Positions 50,770-63,238 of a DNA stretch of 64,000 nt are shown one piece after another; the first letter of the stretch is position 1, and each line of letters opens with the position of its first letter. The notes beneath the pieces are model-generated. The model saw only the letters and a program-made list of their open reading frames with translations, did not search any database and was not told the DNA's origin. Both the position numbers and the translations under genes were made by a program. Source of the DNA: Lama glama (taxonomy: Eukaryota); assembly GCA_028534125.1 (NCBI GenBank), contig CM052816.1:35466001-35530000 (forward strand), read 5' to 3'.

Positions 50770-53700
50770 GTGGGTGGGTTTCTTATGTGTATGTGTATAT
50801 ATGCATAGGATATCTCTAGAAGGATACAAAAAATGTTGATATAGTGGTTGCCCTAAAGATGAGTAAGAAGGAGGCTTACTTTTCACATTGTGTAACTTTT
50901 ATAACTCTTCTTCTCCTATGTGCATGTATTGCTTATTGAAAATTTAATTATAAAAACTTTAATAGAATAATTAATGTCAAAAGGACACTCAAAACTGTTG
51001 CAGAATAATCTTTTGCAATTAGATTCTTTTCTTGACAAGGCATACACATTTTCCATGAGAGAGCTGTCATTAATACGTGGTTACACTGAACATTAACGTT
51101 ACGATAAGCTTGCCTACTTTATGATTGTTGAACCATAATCTTCTATAGCTAAAGAATAAATGGACACTTGGACACTACCTAGAGAGTAAGAAGTGATACC
51201 ATAAATGATCTCAGCATTATACTTAGAAATAGTAATTCCCCACCAAACATCCACAGAATAACAGCATCCTAAAAGTTGCTTATAAATTTAGCAAAAAAGT
51301 TTCAGATATTTTCAGACCTTTCCTCTTTTATGACATTTTCCCTTCAAGCTTTCAAGTCTCCACTGAAAACTTATGAAGGAACACATTATTCATAAGAAAG
51401 TTGTGGGAAACAAGTGATAAAACATCAGAAATCTCTTTGTATAAAATTGTAAGAATGTCAAATGCCAGTCTTATCCTGTTATTTAATGCATTTTAAATAT
51501 AAATTGCAGTTTATACTAATTATTTGCCCTTTTGAGTAACGAAATGAAAAATTTTAGCTGTAATAAGCACGTAAAATTTTACCTAATGCCTCTGCATTGA
51601 AATAGGAGGTGGAGTCCAGGGTACAACCTCAATTTAATCCACTGGGAATCCAGACCTATAATTAGCCATCCTTAGGTATCACCACTTCCCATTCAATATG
51701 ATTGCAACTGAGAAAGCATTTATTTGGCAATAAAAAGCTTTTTATATGTTATATGTGTCAGCTTTGTGTGGTTAGTTGGATCTGTAATTAACTGTCCTTT
51801 ATAATAAGCTTTGGGGAAGGGTGTAGGAGTACAGGTAATGAAATATGGCAGGTTGATGCCTTGTGTCATTTTGTAAACTAGCTATAGCAGGAAGAGAAAA
51901 GTGCTGGGTCAACACAAATTGGAACACAGCATTATAAGATATATTTAATTTCTGAGGTTACTTAGAAACAAGTAACTATGGTTTGACATAAACTGACCCT
52001 GCATCTATAGAAATGTGAGCTCTTCACTTTGAAATATTACTCACAGTGATGAGGTTGCCACTCAGTTTTCTTCCTTCCTGGTAGAGCAGGTGGCTCATTG
52101 AGACCACTGCCTACACTAAGAAAACAACAGTGTACACATTTAGAGCAGAAATTTCATCAGCATAAAACTAACTGGGCTGAAACGAAGCTCTTTTGACCTT
52201 ACTGTCGTTAGCATCTTGTTGTAACCAAATTATCCAGATACCTCTGAATCTTTTGCTGTTTCCACGAATTATAAGTGGGAACTCTGATGGTTTGCCCAAT
52301 GAATGATACATATTGTACTTCCAGGAATGATTTTATTCATTTCATGAGAATTAATGGAAGACCATTTGAATTTGGGTCAGATCAAGAGATTTACATGGCT
52401 CATTAACAAGTGGTTAGAATAGGAATAAAATAACTTTCATCTGGAATGTACAAAAATAAATAGAGCAAATTTTCCATTAGAGTGGTTTCAGAACAGAAAA
52501 GAAACATATCAGAAAAGATTCCCTTTGACAAAGCATAAAGACAGAGGTGGGAATAACAGAATTATAAAATATATTCTATAGTTGAAAATATGAAGCATTT
52601 GTGATTAGACAGCTGTATTAGTCACGTATCTGGATTTGAAACAAGAAATTCTCCAACTGAAAAAAAAATGCCTGAAACCATCTTATGTCTACAGGTGGAC
52701 CCCATCTCTCACCTTTTGTATATGCAACTTGATCTTTAAAGCCCTACACAGATGTGTATGAGTGGTCACGGAATTGCTTTTTCCTACCAAGCTTTAAGTA
52801 GCATGACAATATTCAGACACCTTTAAACAAAGAAAGCTTATGCCAGGAGAAGCAAAGATATGTACAAAGAAAGGCAAACAACTTTGCTCTAATCACTAGC
52901 CTTCCTGTGCTGCTCTGTCATCCCTGACTGAATGTCATTTCCTTTCTACCAGACATAAGACAAGATGATGGGAAGAATATAAAAAGAGACATTAATAATA
53001 TTCTTTTCTTCTCCGAACTGAATAGAGAACATACATTTGCTCAGAGCAGATAATAACATACTTAGAGATAATAAGCATGTATTCTCCCAAATAGAGAACA
53101 ATAAGTGATGGTATTTGATCAGCTCTCAAAGGCATGGAAAAGACTATGTGGTTATAGACAATCAGAATGGGGAGTGATTCATGTGGGCCAGAATTAGGGT
53201 CATGGAAACATGAGATGACTTAGGAAATATGAAAGGGTTGAGACAGGTAGAAAAATGTACTTTAACTCAAAACAACAGTTTAAATATTGCACATGGGCAA
53301 GAGCAAGCAAGGTATTTTCAGGAAACAATGAGAGAGCCAATGACTGTCTTGGATTGCCTAGAAAAGGAAGAGGGAGTCAATTTGGAAGAACAACTGACAC
53401 AAAGTATAGAATATGGATTTGTTCCTCTTGACATTAAAAACCCTCACTGTAAGGTCATGAGCAAGATAGTGAACAAGAGAAAATAAATTAAGCATAAGTG
53501 CAGAGCTTAGCTATATAAAAGGTCCCTGAAATTTTAAATTAGTTAAAAAAGCACTTAACTTAGCCAAAGGTCACGTCCTCATCTGGACATGGTTGAGAAA
53601 ACAAGAAGTAAGCAGCAAGCAACCTTTGAATACCCAGAGGGGAAAAATCACAAACTCATACACTCAAATCACCCAATTCACCATGAGAAAATTGACTCTC

Positions 53701-55179
53701 ACTTAGAGTCTGTTCGCTCTTATTTTAGAGAACATCTAACTCCTCTCTCCATTGCAGATTAAAAGCAAGAAATTAACAGGGGTAGCTTCTAGACTTAGGC
53801 TTTCTGACAATTGTAGTATTTGATAGCTGACAGTCTGACAATAAAGAAGGAGGCAGAAAAAGTATTAAAAGCAGCCATAAATTGAGAGATGTGGTAATTA
53901 TTTACTTGAAACTCAGATCAATTACCTTAGTGAAAAAGTCTTCATTAAATTATTTTAATGCGTTATTTTCACTCCCTAACAATTTTGTTTCTATAATAGA
54001 AGCTCTTATTGTACAACACAAGCCAAAAAAGAATGGTTGAAAATGTGCCAAAAAAAAACAACCTTTCTCTGATCTTCTGACCAATTTTAGATATTACATC
54101 CTTCACTTAATTTCCCATTAGAACATGTGGTTGTACTTACCCTAGACATCTATAATATTTGCTTCAAGAGAGATGAACGAAGGCTATTGTGCAACTACAA
54201 TATCTTCCTTGTAATGCTGTAATCGTATCTTTGCAAGGGAAATAACAAATTTTCAAATAACAAAGTATAAAGGCATATGTGATCTAAGAAAATGTCTTTT
54301 TTTTTTAACTAGGCAGAGTTCTTGCCAACACAGTTCTCTTCTCATTGATTTTATAGCATACTAACTGGTCTAAGTGAACATATAAAAATGGAAATTTCTT
54401 CAAACCTGAATACATTCCTGATATAGCTGTCATACCCTGTTGCTTTTCCATATTAACCATTAACCTACAAGAAACTGAAAACATGCTAAGGTCTAGCCTA
54501 GAGTCTTGTGTTTGTACTTGGGCTGTCAGACCTTGTCCAAATGTGGCTGGAGAAAATGACGAGAATGGAGTTATGATGTGAGAATCCAGGGTTCCTTTCT
54601 GGGGCCGTAGGTTGTGATGCCTAAAATTAGAGAAGTTTGAGTACTTATACTCCAGCACTCTTCCAAGCTTGTTACCTAAATTAATCTACTTAATTTTTTA
54701 TAATAAATCCCTATTAGGCAGGACTATTATTATTCCTATTCTAAATATATGCAACTGTGGCTGAGACCGTTCGGTAACTTGACCATGATCACAATGTTTG
54801 GGAGCAAAGCCTAAACTCTGAAATATGTTCATCACATGGGAACTCTGTTTATTAATTACTATACTTTTCAGCCAAATACTAAGATTTGTTCCAAGATTAT
54901 AGAGTTGACAAGATGATACAGCACCAGCATTTCCCTAATTATTGTTCTCTGCCACTCCAGTTTTATGAAAAGAATAAAGGGCGGCAAAGCAGAATTCCAA
55001 AATGCAATACAAGGAAACTGCAACACACCTACTGATATTCTGGAACACGTCAATATTTGATTTTGTGGGCTCCTTCATATTAACTGAAGTCTTCAGTATA
55101 ACTGTTTACTTCCTTGGGAAAACAAATACAGCCACATAACTGCTCTTGAAATTTGTTCTGCGGTCATACCCATTGTGTT

Positions 55180-55720
55180 ATTTGGGATTCTTTTGGTTAA
55201 AAAGGGCAAAACCAACTCAACTAATTTAAGCTAATGTAACTTAAGCTAATATAGTATTAAAGGTTTACTACTGGCCTCAGATGAAGCTAGAGCTAGGTAC
55301 TCAAACAACGGAGTTTGTAAATTCTCCACCTTCAAGTTGGCTTACCCCCATGTTTCTCTCTTTCTCAGGCTGGCCTCACGTGGTGGCAAAATGACTATTA
55401 GAAGTCTTAGGTTTAGCAACCCCAGAAAACAATGGGAGCTTCTCTTTCCCAGTGGCTCCAGCAGAAAGCTCTAAACTAATGTTTACAGCTATGACTGGCC
55501 TTGCGTTGCAGGTCTGCCTCTGAACTAGTCTCTACGGCCAGGGCATATATTGTTCTCATCTGTCATGTGCCAACCACTGGCTGCAGAGGAAGGTTCAGCC
55601 CCAGGTGAGTTACAGGTATCAGCTGAAGCAATGAGAGAGTGTGGTTCCCAAGATGGAGAATGGTTTTAATTCAATGCAGGGAAACAGATACTGAACAGGA
55701 TAAACCACAGATGGCCGTTA
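55180..55720 (-). mobile_element. MLT1K/L-like LTR
   Basis: gggattcttttggtt...aaaaccaactcaactaatttaagc...gtggcaaaatgact...tcatgtgccaaccact. Confidence 0.6.
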
Positions 55721-57489
55721 TTTCAGCCTGGCATGCCAGAAGAGTAAGTTGCCATTTTATCATACCACTTTGAGAAGATTTGGGGTTCTCCATCAAAATG
55801 GCTTTCCTATAATGAACTATCCTGTGGGGAGTCACGGCAAGAGTGAACTGAAGAACATGAACAAGATTTCACTGAGTCCTATCGATGTAGATGTGTACAC
55901 ACAGCAACAGGAGAATACCTAGCCAACTGTGGCAATCTGGGATGGTGCGGCTATTTGGGAAAGGCGAATTTTAGCATAGAGGGCAGAGAGGCATTGCTAT
56001 CAAAGTACTTTTTCACACTAAAGTCAACAGGTTGAGTTCATACGGATGACACTTACTGTGAGAGTAACTGCAAGTCATGCACGCATCAGACTTTGTAGCT
56101 TTGCAAATATGCAGGAAAGTGATGTTGTCAGCAGTAATACCTTCAAATGACAAGAATTCTATTTGGAAATAAAATATGAAAGAGCTTCCATATTCTTCTG
56201 CACAGAAAAGTTGTTCTGATTTAACTCAAATTGTCATGCTGCATAGGTTTCTGTTCATTAGAAGTTGCAGTCACCAAACTCAGAGAGTTCTATTCTTATA
56301 AATACATTGTGTTAAGAAATTTCATTTGTATGTCAGCACTTGTAAAGTTGGAGCCCATTTTTCCATTGAAACTTATTATAAATGGTGACTGGATTCCAAG
56401 GCTATCCCATGAGTATTAATCAAATAATTTGAATGTGCTAGTATAGGGTCTAGCACACTGTAAACAGTTAATAGATATAGCTATTATCATTAATAATAGT
56501 ATGATAATATGAAGAAAATGATCAAAACAAAATGATTTTTTTATAATAACTGTTAAGAATTAAACTAATGAGCATTTAAAAAAATGACAGACAGGGAGAG
56601 TCAGTAAGTTACTATGAAAAAACAAGCTCTACTTGTTTTAATTCCTAATTTCACTTCAAAGATGAAGATATTTAATATATTTTAGCTTAAGGATAGTTTG
56701 TTGTTACTAAAAAAGACTTTAGGGAGTTAGTATTTTTCAGAATAGACTAAAATTATTATAACTTTAATTTTGGGGTTCTATGTAGTTGCACAACTGAATC
56801 AAATATTGTGAGTATAACTAGAGCCATACTGATAGGAATAATATTTAATGAATTGCATTTTATTTACCAAGAACTTTGCAGAACTTCTCTTTCCACTTGC
56901 TTACATCTGGATGCAATTCCACTTATAAACTGAGGACACAGTACATCACTATCACCAAAAAAAAAAAAACTGTAACGGAAACAGCTATAATTGAATTTAC
57001 ATCTTAATTATTTAAACTCTTTTTTTTTTTTTTTGCAGCCTGAATATTCTCCGCCTTAGAGCTATTTTGGAGACAACCTATCATCTACGATTAGCAATGC
57101 AGATATTCTTTCGACATAGGTGACAAGTTCTTTTTGGTAGCTTGCATAACTTCTCAGTAGAATTAACTTCACTTAAAATTAATTCAGCAGCTCTATTATA
57201 GATTAATTTGATGCTAATTTTGATTTTTTAAATTATATAAACACTAAAGATATCTAACTACTACAATTTACCTGACCACTTTTGTTTTAGTGACAATTTG
57301 GGGGAGGCTTTTTATAATCAAATGTCTATTTAAGAAATAATAAATATAGAGAATCATGAGTGTCAAAAAACTCAATGAACTAGTGTCTAAGACTGTCTCA
57401 TTAAGGTGTATACTGCTACAGTCTAGGTGTCTGGCACATCACATACAAAAGAGGTGGAATAGTGACATCAGATTGACTGAACTTTATTT

Positions 57490-58010
57490 TTTCACTCATT
57501 CAACAACATTTGTTGAGCACCTAATATGAGTCAGGCATGTTTCTAGGTTCTGGGAAGACAGGAGTCAACAAGACAAAGTTCCAAACCTCCATAGAACTTA
57601 TATTCTGCTTGAGAAAGACAGACAATTATTTAGTAGGAGTATTATTCTTCCAATGAAGAAAAGCAAAGCAGGTAAGGATAAGCTGAGGGAAAGAGGGATG
57701 GTGATCAGGGAAGTCCTGTCTGAAGAAAGTGACACTTAAGAAGAAACCTGAAGAAGTGAATTATACAAAAATCAGAGGCAATCAGGAAGTGCAAAGGCCC
57801 TGAGGTGAAACAAGCTCACTGTGTTTAAGGAAGAGCAAGACCATGGTGAACAAAGTGAGCAGCAAGAATGATAGATGATGAGGCCACAGAAGTGGGGAGG
57901 GCCAGACCCTGTAGAGTGTGCAGGTCAAGGTAAGGAGTTTGGGTTTACTTTAGTTAATATGGGAAGCCATTGGATGGTTAGGAATAGAAGAGTGACATGA
58001 TATGAAGTTT
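57490..58010 (-). mobile_element. L2a 3' fragment
   Basis: cactcattcaacaacatttgttgagcacctaatatgagtcaggca...gtgcaaaggccctgaggtg...atgggaagccattggatgg. Confidence 0.85.
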
Positions 58011-59497
58011 GGGGAAAAGGCTCTAAGAAAACAAGGAGACAGTTTCAGCAGTTGGAGCAAGGCAGACACTATCGCTATTATAATACCTATTCTTTACTGC
58101 CTGATTCCAAGATGAAAAATAAAAATTGTTTCTGCACAAGTGATGTGTTGGAAATAGAAAAATCAGCTATTTAGCTGGAATGCAGCTAGAATAAAATACC
58201 TGTTTCTATAATGACTGTAAAGAAACTACTTACCTGAACTGCCAATTTACAGAGGTTCTTTGTGGATGGTGAATATGAGAAAAGTGTAAGAGGCCAGAAT
58301 AATTTGAAACACATCTACCGCCTTGTCTCCCCTCCCCTCCTCCTATCAATGGTCTGACTCCTGGGGGCTGTTAGGAGAATTGCAGGACGATACCACTGGC
58401 ACTGGACACCTTCTTCCAAAGTAAAATGCTGCCATCTGGAGGCTTCCAGAGTACAAAAGTAATACAAAAAAATAGAAACCAAAAAATCTGTTTCAACTTG
58501 GAAAAAAAAATTATATATTATATATTATAAGGTAAATCTTCTGCCTCCCTTTCAAGATTATTGATCTACTCAGGTTTTGTATTCAGTTTTGATCATTTAT
58601 ATTCTTCTAGGAAAACATCAAATTCTCCCAGATTTTCAAATGCATTGTCATAGAGTTGCATATAATATTCTTCTATAAAAGTGTTAGTCTCTCATTTACT
58701 CGCAGTTATATATGATTTTAATTCTCAGTATTATATCTTTTTACTTGTTTCTCTTATTGTAGAATTTTGAGCAATAGAATACATATTTGGACTCTGTCCC
58801 AGGGAGACAACACTGATAATTACGTACAGAATGGACTAAAAGAGAGAAGATATGGGAATACTAAATGGAATACAGGAGGCAACTGTCATGTCTCGAATTA
58901 GTGATGACTAGAGTCTGAACCAGGGAGAAGGAGATTTAAAGGATTTTACAAAATAAAATCCGTAGGAATTGACTATGATCTGTGCTATACGAGAAAAGAA
59001 AAAGGTTAACATAATGCTGCAGTTTCTAGCCTAGAATGATGGAAGTGTTCTTAACCAAAGCAGAGAGAATAATGATCTCCTGTGAGGACATCTGAGTTAG
59101 AGAAGGTGGAAGGACAGCCATGTGAAAATGCCCAATCAGTGTGGAAACAGAACTGTAAGTCAAAGCTAGAGGTGGTCACTAGAGAGGTGAGAAAACATGA
59201 GATCAGCTGGAAAAAATCTACAGAGGGAGAAAGGAGTGAGTATACTAAGATATCAATAATTAATTGAGAGGTTTTTTAAATAAAGACTTATACTTTCAGG
59301 CAGCTGAACAGTCAGAGAGCATATGAGAGAAGCCAAGAGAGTAAAGAATTTAAGGAGGAGGAGGAGGTTTAGGAAACACATAGATTAAAATGATGAAAAA
59401 TTTGGCTACACAAAAAGAAAAACTTTTACTTGTCTCTTTTATTGTAGAATTTTGAGCAGGAGAATGACATATTTGGACTCTGTCCCAAGCAGACAAC

Positions 59498-60283
59498 TGT
59501 GGGAGCCCATGATTGGGTTAACAAATTGTAACAGACCCCAGCCGCTTGTCTCCTTAAAGAAGAGCAAATGTGCTTAGTAACTGCCTTGCTTGTATAGTTG
59601 AGGTTTCAGATAGCACTCTGCTCCTAGCAAAACAACAACCCAGGCCTTCGGCTATAAACGCTGGGCGTGCCTGCTGTTAGATAGTCTTCTATCCCCAAAG
59701 CAAGGAACTGGCTGGGCTGGCGGTCTGCTTTAACATATCTATAAGAATGTATCTTGCTCCCCTCTTCCCATGACTTCCCTAAAGGTAAACTGTAGGCCCC
59801 CAAAGGAACGAGTCTTGGGCTGGAATGGTAAACAAGTTATAAAAAGCTGCAGACTCAGAGGTGAGAAGGCTGGTTAGCCAACGACGGGTAAGATCCCCAG
59901 AGGGGGGCAACCTAAGACAGGCATAGCCCAAGAAAAATGTTAAGCAGCTGCTTCTCATACATTCATTCCCCCCTGATAAGCTGCAAGGCTCGCTGATGTC
60001 AACACGACCATGACTTACCAAAACATAAAGGGTCTTCTGACCTTGAGCCAGACTCTACAATCTAGATCCCACCCTGTCTTTCCCTAAATTCCTGCATTCC
60101 ATCACACAACTGTCAGTGATTTCTCCTTTGATTGTATACAATAAATGTGGGGCATTTGAGAGGTTCGTGGAGTTGGCTCCCGACTCCCTCTCGCTCTCGA
60201 CTTTTCCACAGAGTCTTGAGTAATTCATTCCGTTTTGGTGGGACTTCTGCTGGCCAGAACCCACAACTGGTGATGAACCCACA
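59498..60283 (+). mobile_element. Class II (beta-like, ERVK) solo LTR, 786 bp
   Basis: TGTGGG...CCCACA inverted termini; 6-bp TSD gacaac / gacaag; contains a CTE-like element. Confidence 0.85.
59868..59928 (+). promoter_or_regulatory. CTE-like RNA export hairpin (putative NXF1/TAP-binding element)
   Basis: GCCAACGACGGGTAAG...AACCTAAGACAGGC matches the MPMV/SRV CTE core motifs as recalled; closing stems ggctg/tagcc and tcccc/ggggg. Confidence 0.8.
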
Positions 60284-61417
60284 GACAAGACTGATAATTA
60301 TGTACAGAATGGACTAAAAGAGAGATGATATGGGAATACTAAATGGAATACAGGCTATGGAACAAGGGATACCATGAGTAAACTAATACAACAATTAGCT
60401 GAGTATATGGAGGACTGAAAATGGAATGAAGAAAAGAAGGGATGAACGGGATTCTAGTAACTATAATTTCAGAGAGGATGGTTTTCCTTTCTTGGTGTTG
60501 GCCTTAATTGCAACCCCAGTTCTTAGCCTCTTTCTGCAGGGCTAAGAAAGTTCCCTCAGGTTCTCTGGCCACATGTTCTTCTTTTCCTCTTGGCCTCTGT
60601 GGCTGCTATTTCATTGACCTCCTGCCTCAGAAAGAGGGGTTTCCTGTGCTCATTCTACCCTCAGGAAAATAGCACATTCTGATTGACTTCATCCCTGCTC
60701 ACTTTTTGATGAGAAAAAGCATTGCTGGGTTTCTTGGAAATAAATATACATTACTTATTGATCCAGCTTTCCTGGTATGTAAGCTATTGCCTATAAATTA
60801 GTTGGCCTACTTTTAGAAGTTGCATTAATTCTTTTGGGCCAGTTGAGTACCCTTTAGTGCACAAACCACGAGAGAAGGTGAATTTACAACCTTGCACATT
60901 GCAACCATTTTACTAGATCAATGCATACTAGGGAGCACTTCCTCCTTTCCTTCTTTTTATATAGTTTTCATCCGGGCTATGAATAGGGCATCCTGTCCCA
61001 AGCAAAGAAGTATTCTATCTTTGGGTTATTTAAATTCTTGATCAATAGTAGCAAAAATCTTTTAACCTTAACTGAATACTGCTGTTGTGCACAATCTTTC
61101 TGTTTTCCCTACAGAGATCTCGGTTCACATAAGCTGGTTTTATTTTTATTACATAGCAAATGCTCTGTGAGAGTTATCTTTCTTTAAACATGCAAGCAGT
61201 AATAATGAATTTGAAGTTATGAAACACATCTGATTATATTTCTAATTGCTTTCTATAGGACCTTCTCTACTGTTTATCATAATCAGTAGTTTTTCCTTGT
61301 TTCATAATGACCTACCACAACACTTGCTAATAAATGTAACTTTCCTGGCAGAGGTCACCTAAACAGTAATATTAGAACTTTAAATTATTAAGTGAATTCA
61401 CCTCTTTTTATGGTTCC

Positions 61418-61822
61418 TGTGATGGTTAATTTTTTGGGGTCAGATTGGCTAGGCCATGGTACCCTAGTTTTTGGCCAAACATCAATCTAGATGTTGCTGT
61501 GAAGATATTTTTTAGGTACGATTAACAGTTAAATCAACAGACTTTGAGTAAAGCAGATTACCTTCCATAATGTGGGTGGGCTTCATCCAATGAGTTGAAG
61601 GCCTTAAGAGGAAAGACTGAGATCCCTCATGAAGAAGGAATTCTGCTAGTGGATTGCCTTCAGACTTGAGACTGCAACATCCACTCTTCTCTGGGTTTCC
61701 AGCCTGCCAGCCTGTCTTGCAGATTTCAGACTTCCCAGCTCCCGTAATTGCATAAGCCAGTTCCTTAAAATGCACATACACATACCCTGTTGGTTCTATT
61801 TCTCTGGAGAACCTTGACTAAT
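61418..61822 (+). mobile_element. MLT2B/D-like ERVL LTR
   Basis: tgtgatggttaattttt...agactttgagtaaagcagattacc...tgggtgggcttcatccaat...gttggttctatttctctggagaaccttgactaat. Confidence 0.9.
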
Positions 61823-62364
61823 CAATCAGAGAAAACTCCTATATGACTTTTTGTATGTTTGCAAATATTCCTTCCTTACTTCTCCCCCATCCTTTTAGAC
61901 ATCATGTTGGGTATTAAGAACACAAAGAAAGTCTGAAGTTTCAATGTAAAATAACAGAGGTAGATGTCAGGGAGGCAGAGATATACAGAACCAGGAAGGT
62001 GGGCAATACCCAGCGCCAGGAAAAGCTAAGGAAGCTTGACAGAAAAGTCACATTTAAGCTGGACCTTGAAAATTAGTAGGAGATGACTAACTAGTGTGGG
62101 AAGGAGCAGATCGAGACAGGTATGATGTTGGGTTCTAAAACATGGCGGCCACCTATTACATCCATTCATTGTTTCAACAGATATTTATTGAGTGTGTGTT
62201 TTGTGTCAGATATGGGTTTTGTCCTTAATTTTGACCCACACTCTTACAGCTGGGGAAGGGCCATCATTTTTATCCTGCCAGGTGGCTGTCTCTCATAGTC
62301 TGCTCCTGCCAGGTACCACAACAGGGGACAAAATGGTGAGCAGAACCAAACAAATACAAGCAAG

Positions 62365-62800
62365 ATTATTTAGGCCTAGCTTTAGCAACTAGTAACAGAA
62401 ATCCCTAAATAACAATGGCTTAAGCATGGTAGAATTTTATTTTTCTCTCATCTAAATGTCCAGACCTATGACCTAGAGTTGGAATGACAGCATTCATTTT
62501 CTTTTATCTCGTCACTCCGTCAACCTCATGCAGCTATCACTTGCTGATTCAAAATGGCTGCCCCAGCCCCAGCCCCAGTTCTCTTGTCTACATTAAACCA
62601 ATAGGAAGGAGAAAAGGAGGAGGAGATCAGCATTCATCTTCTCTTTACAGACACTTCTGGAAGTCACAAACGTCACTTTTCATCAATACCCCACTTTCCA
62701 GAACTTACACAACCACAACTAGTCTTCATTAGTTGACAGCCATATGCCCAGCTAAAAATCGAAGGAAAAAAGACAAATATTGAGAGGCAATGGTCTGTGC
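62365..62800 (-). mobile_element. MLT1I/J-like LTR
   Basis: tagtaacagaaatccctaaataacaatggcttaagc...caaaatggctgc...ttctggaagtcaca. Confidence 0.6.
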
Positions 62801-63238
62801 TGCGGAAAGGAGAGATTCAGGATGAATATTACTCTGCAGACTATTCCCTTAAGCTGAAAAATAGAATTGATAAGCAGAAGTTAACTGTTGTTTTAATGTC
62901 TTTTAAGATCTTTACTACATAATTACATTGTTTTAATGATAGCTATTTAGAACTAGTAATTTAGAAGAAAAGTGTACTTTTTCCCCCCTAAATCAGGAAA
63001 CAAATGTATTTTTTTGTCTGTGTGAGTTAATTGACCACTGGTTAAGGCAATTGGTTTTTGAAAGGTGACTCTATACCCAATAGGTATATCTTTATTCTTT
63101 CATGTTTTGAGTGCTTTGTATGATACATTTTAGAGGAAAATACAATGATTGAAAACACAAAATAGAAGTCAGTAACAAGATTTCTCACTAATAGCTAAAG
63201 TCTGAAATATTTTTAATTATTGTATTAAACCATATCTA

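Larger units (their letters stand above)
45300..58496 (-). pseudogene. Putative decayed multi-exon (unprocessed) pseudogene; product unidentified, possibly a single-pass membrane protein
   Basis: Co-oriented AG/GT-bounded segments: 58435(or 58496)-58234, 56929-56868, 56158-55766, 55112-54865, 54228-54141, 52820-52713, 52440-52203, 52115/52110-52045, 51707-51583, 51148-51046, 46709-46320, 45522-~45300 (last one has no donor). Translations are protein-like but broken by stops and frameshifts. Confidence 0.55.
58737..60354 (+). repeat. ~140-bp local duplication; second copy split by the solo LTR
   Basis: 58737-58876 matches 59423-59497 joined to 60290-60354. Confidence 0.9.

Noticed and set aside
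52560..52656. Extra minus-strand exon after a strong T-tract acceptor at 52657
   Set aside because: It would need a 56-bp intron from the 52713 donor, below the usual mammalian minimum
54305..54658. 117-aa minus-strand ORF
   Set aside because: No recognisable domain and no clear splice boundaries; it lies between the candidate pseudo-exons
45300..58496. Naming the fossil gene (CATSPERB/D/E/G, PKD1L, WDR49-like, TMEM132, dystroglycan-like)
   Set aside because: Only short impressionistic motif resemblances, in inconsistent order; no collinear match to sequences I recall
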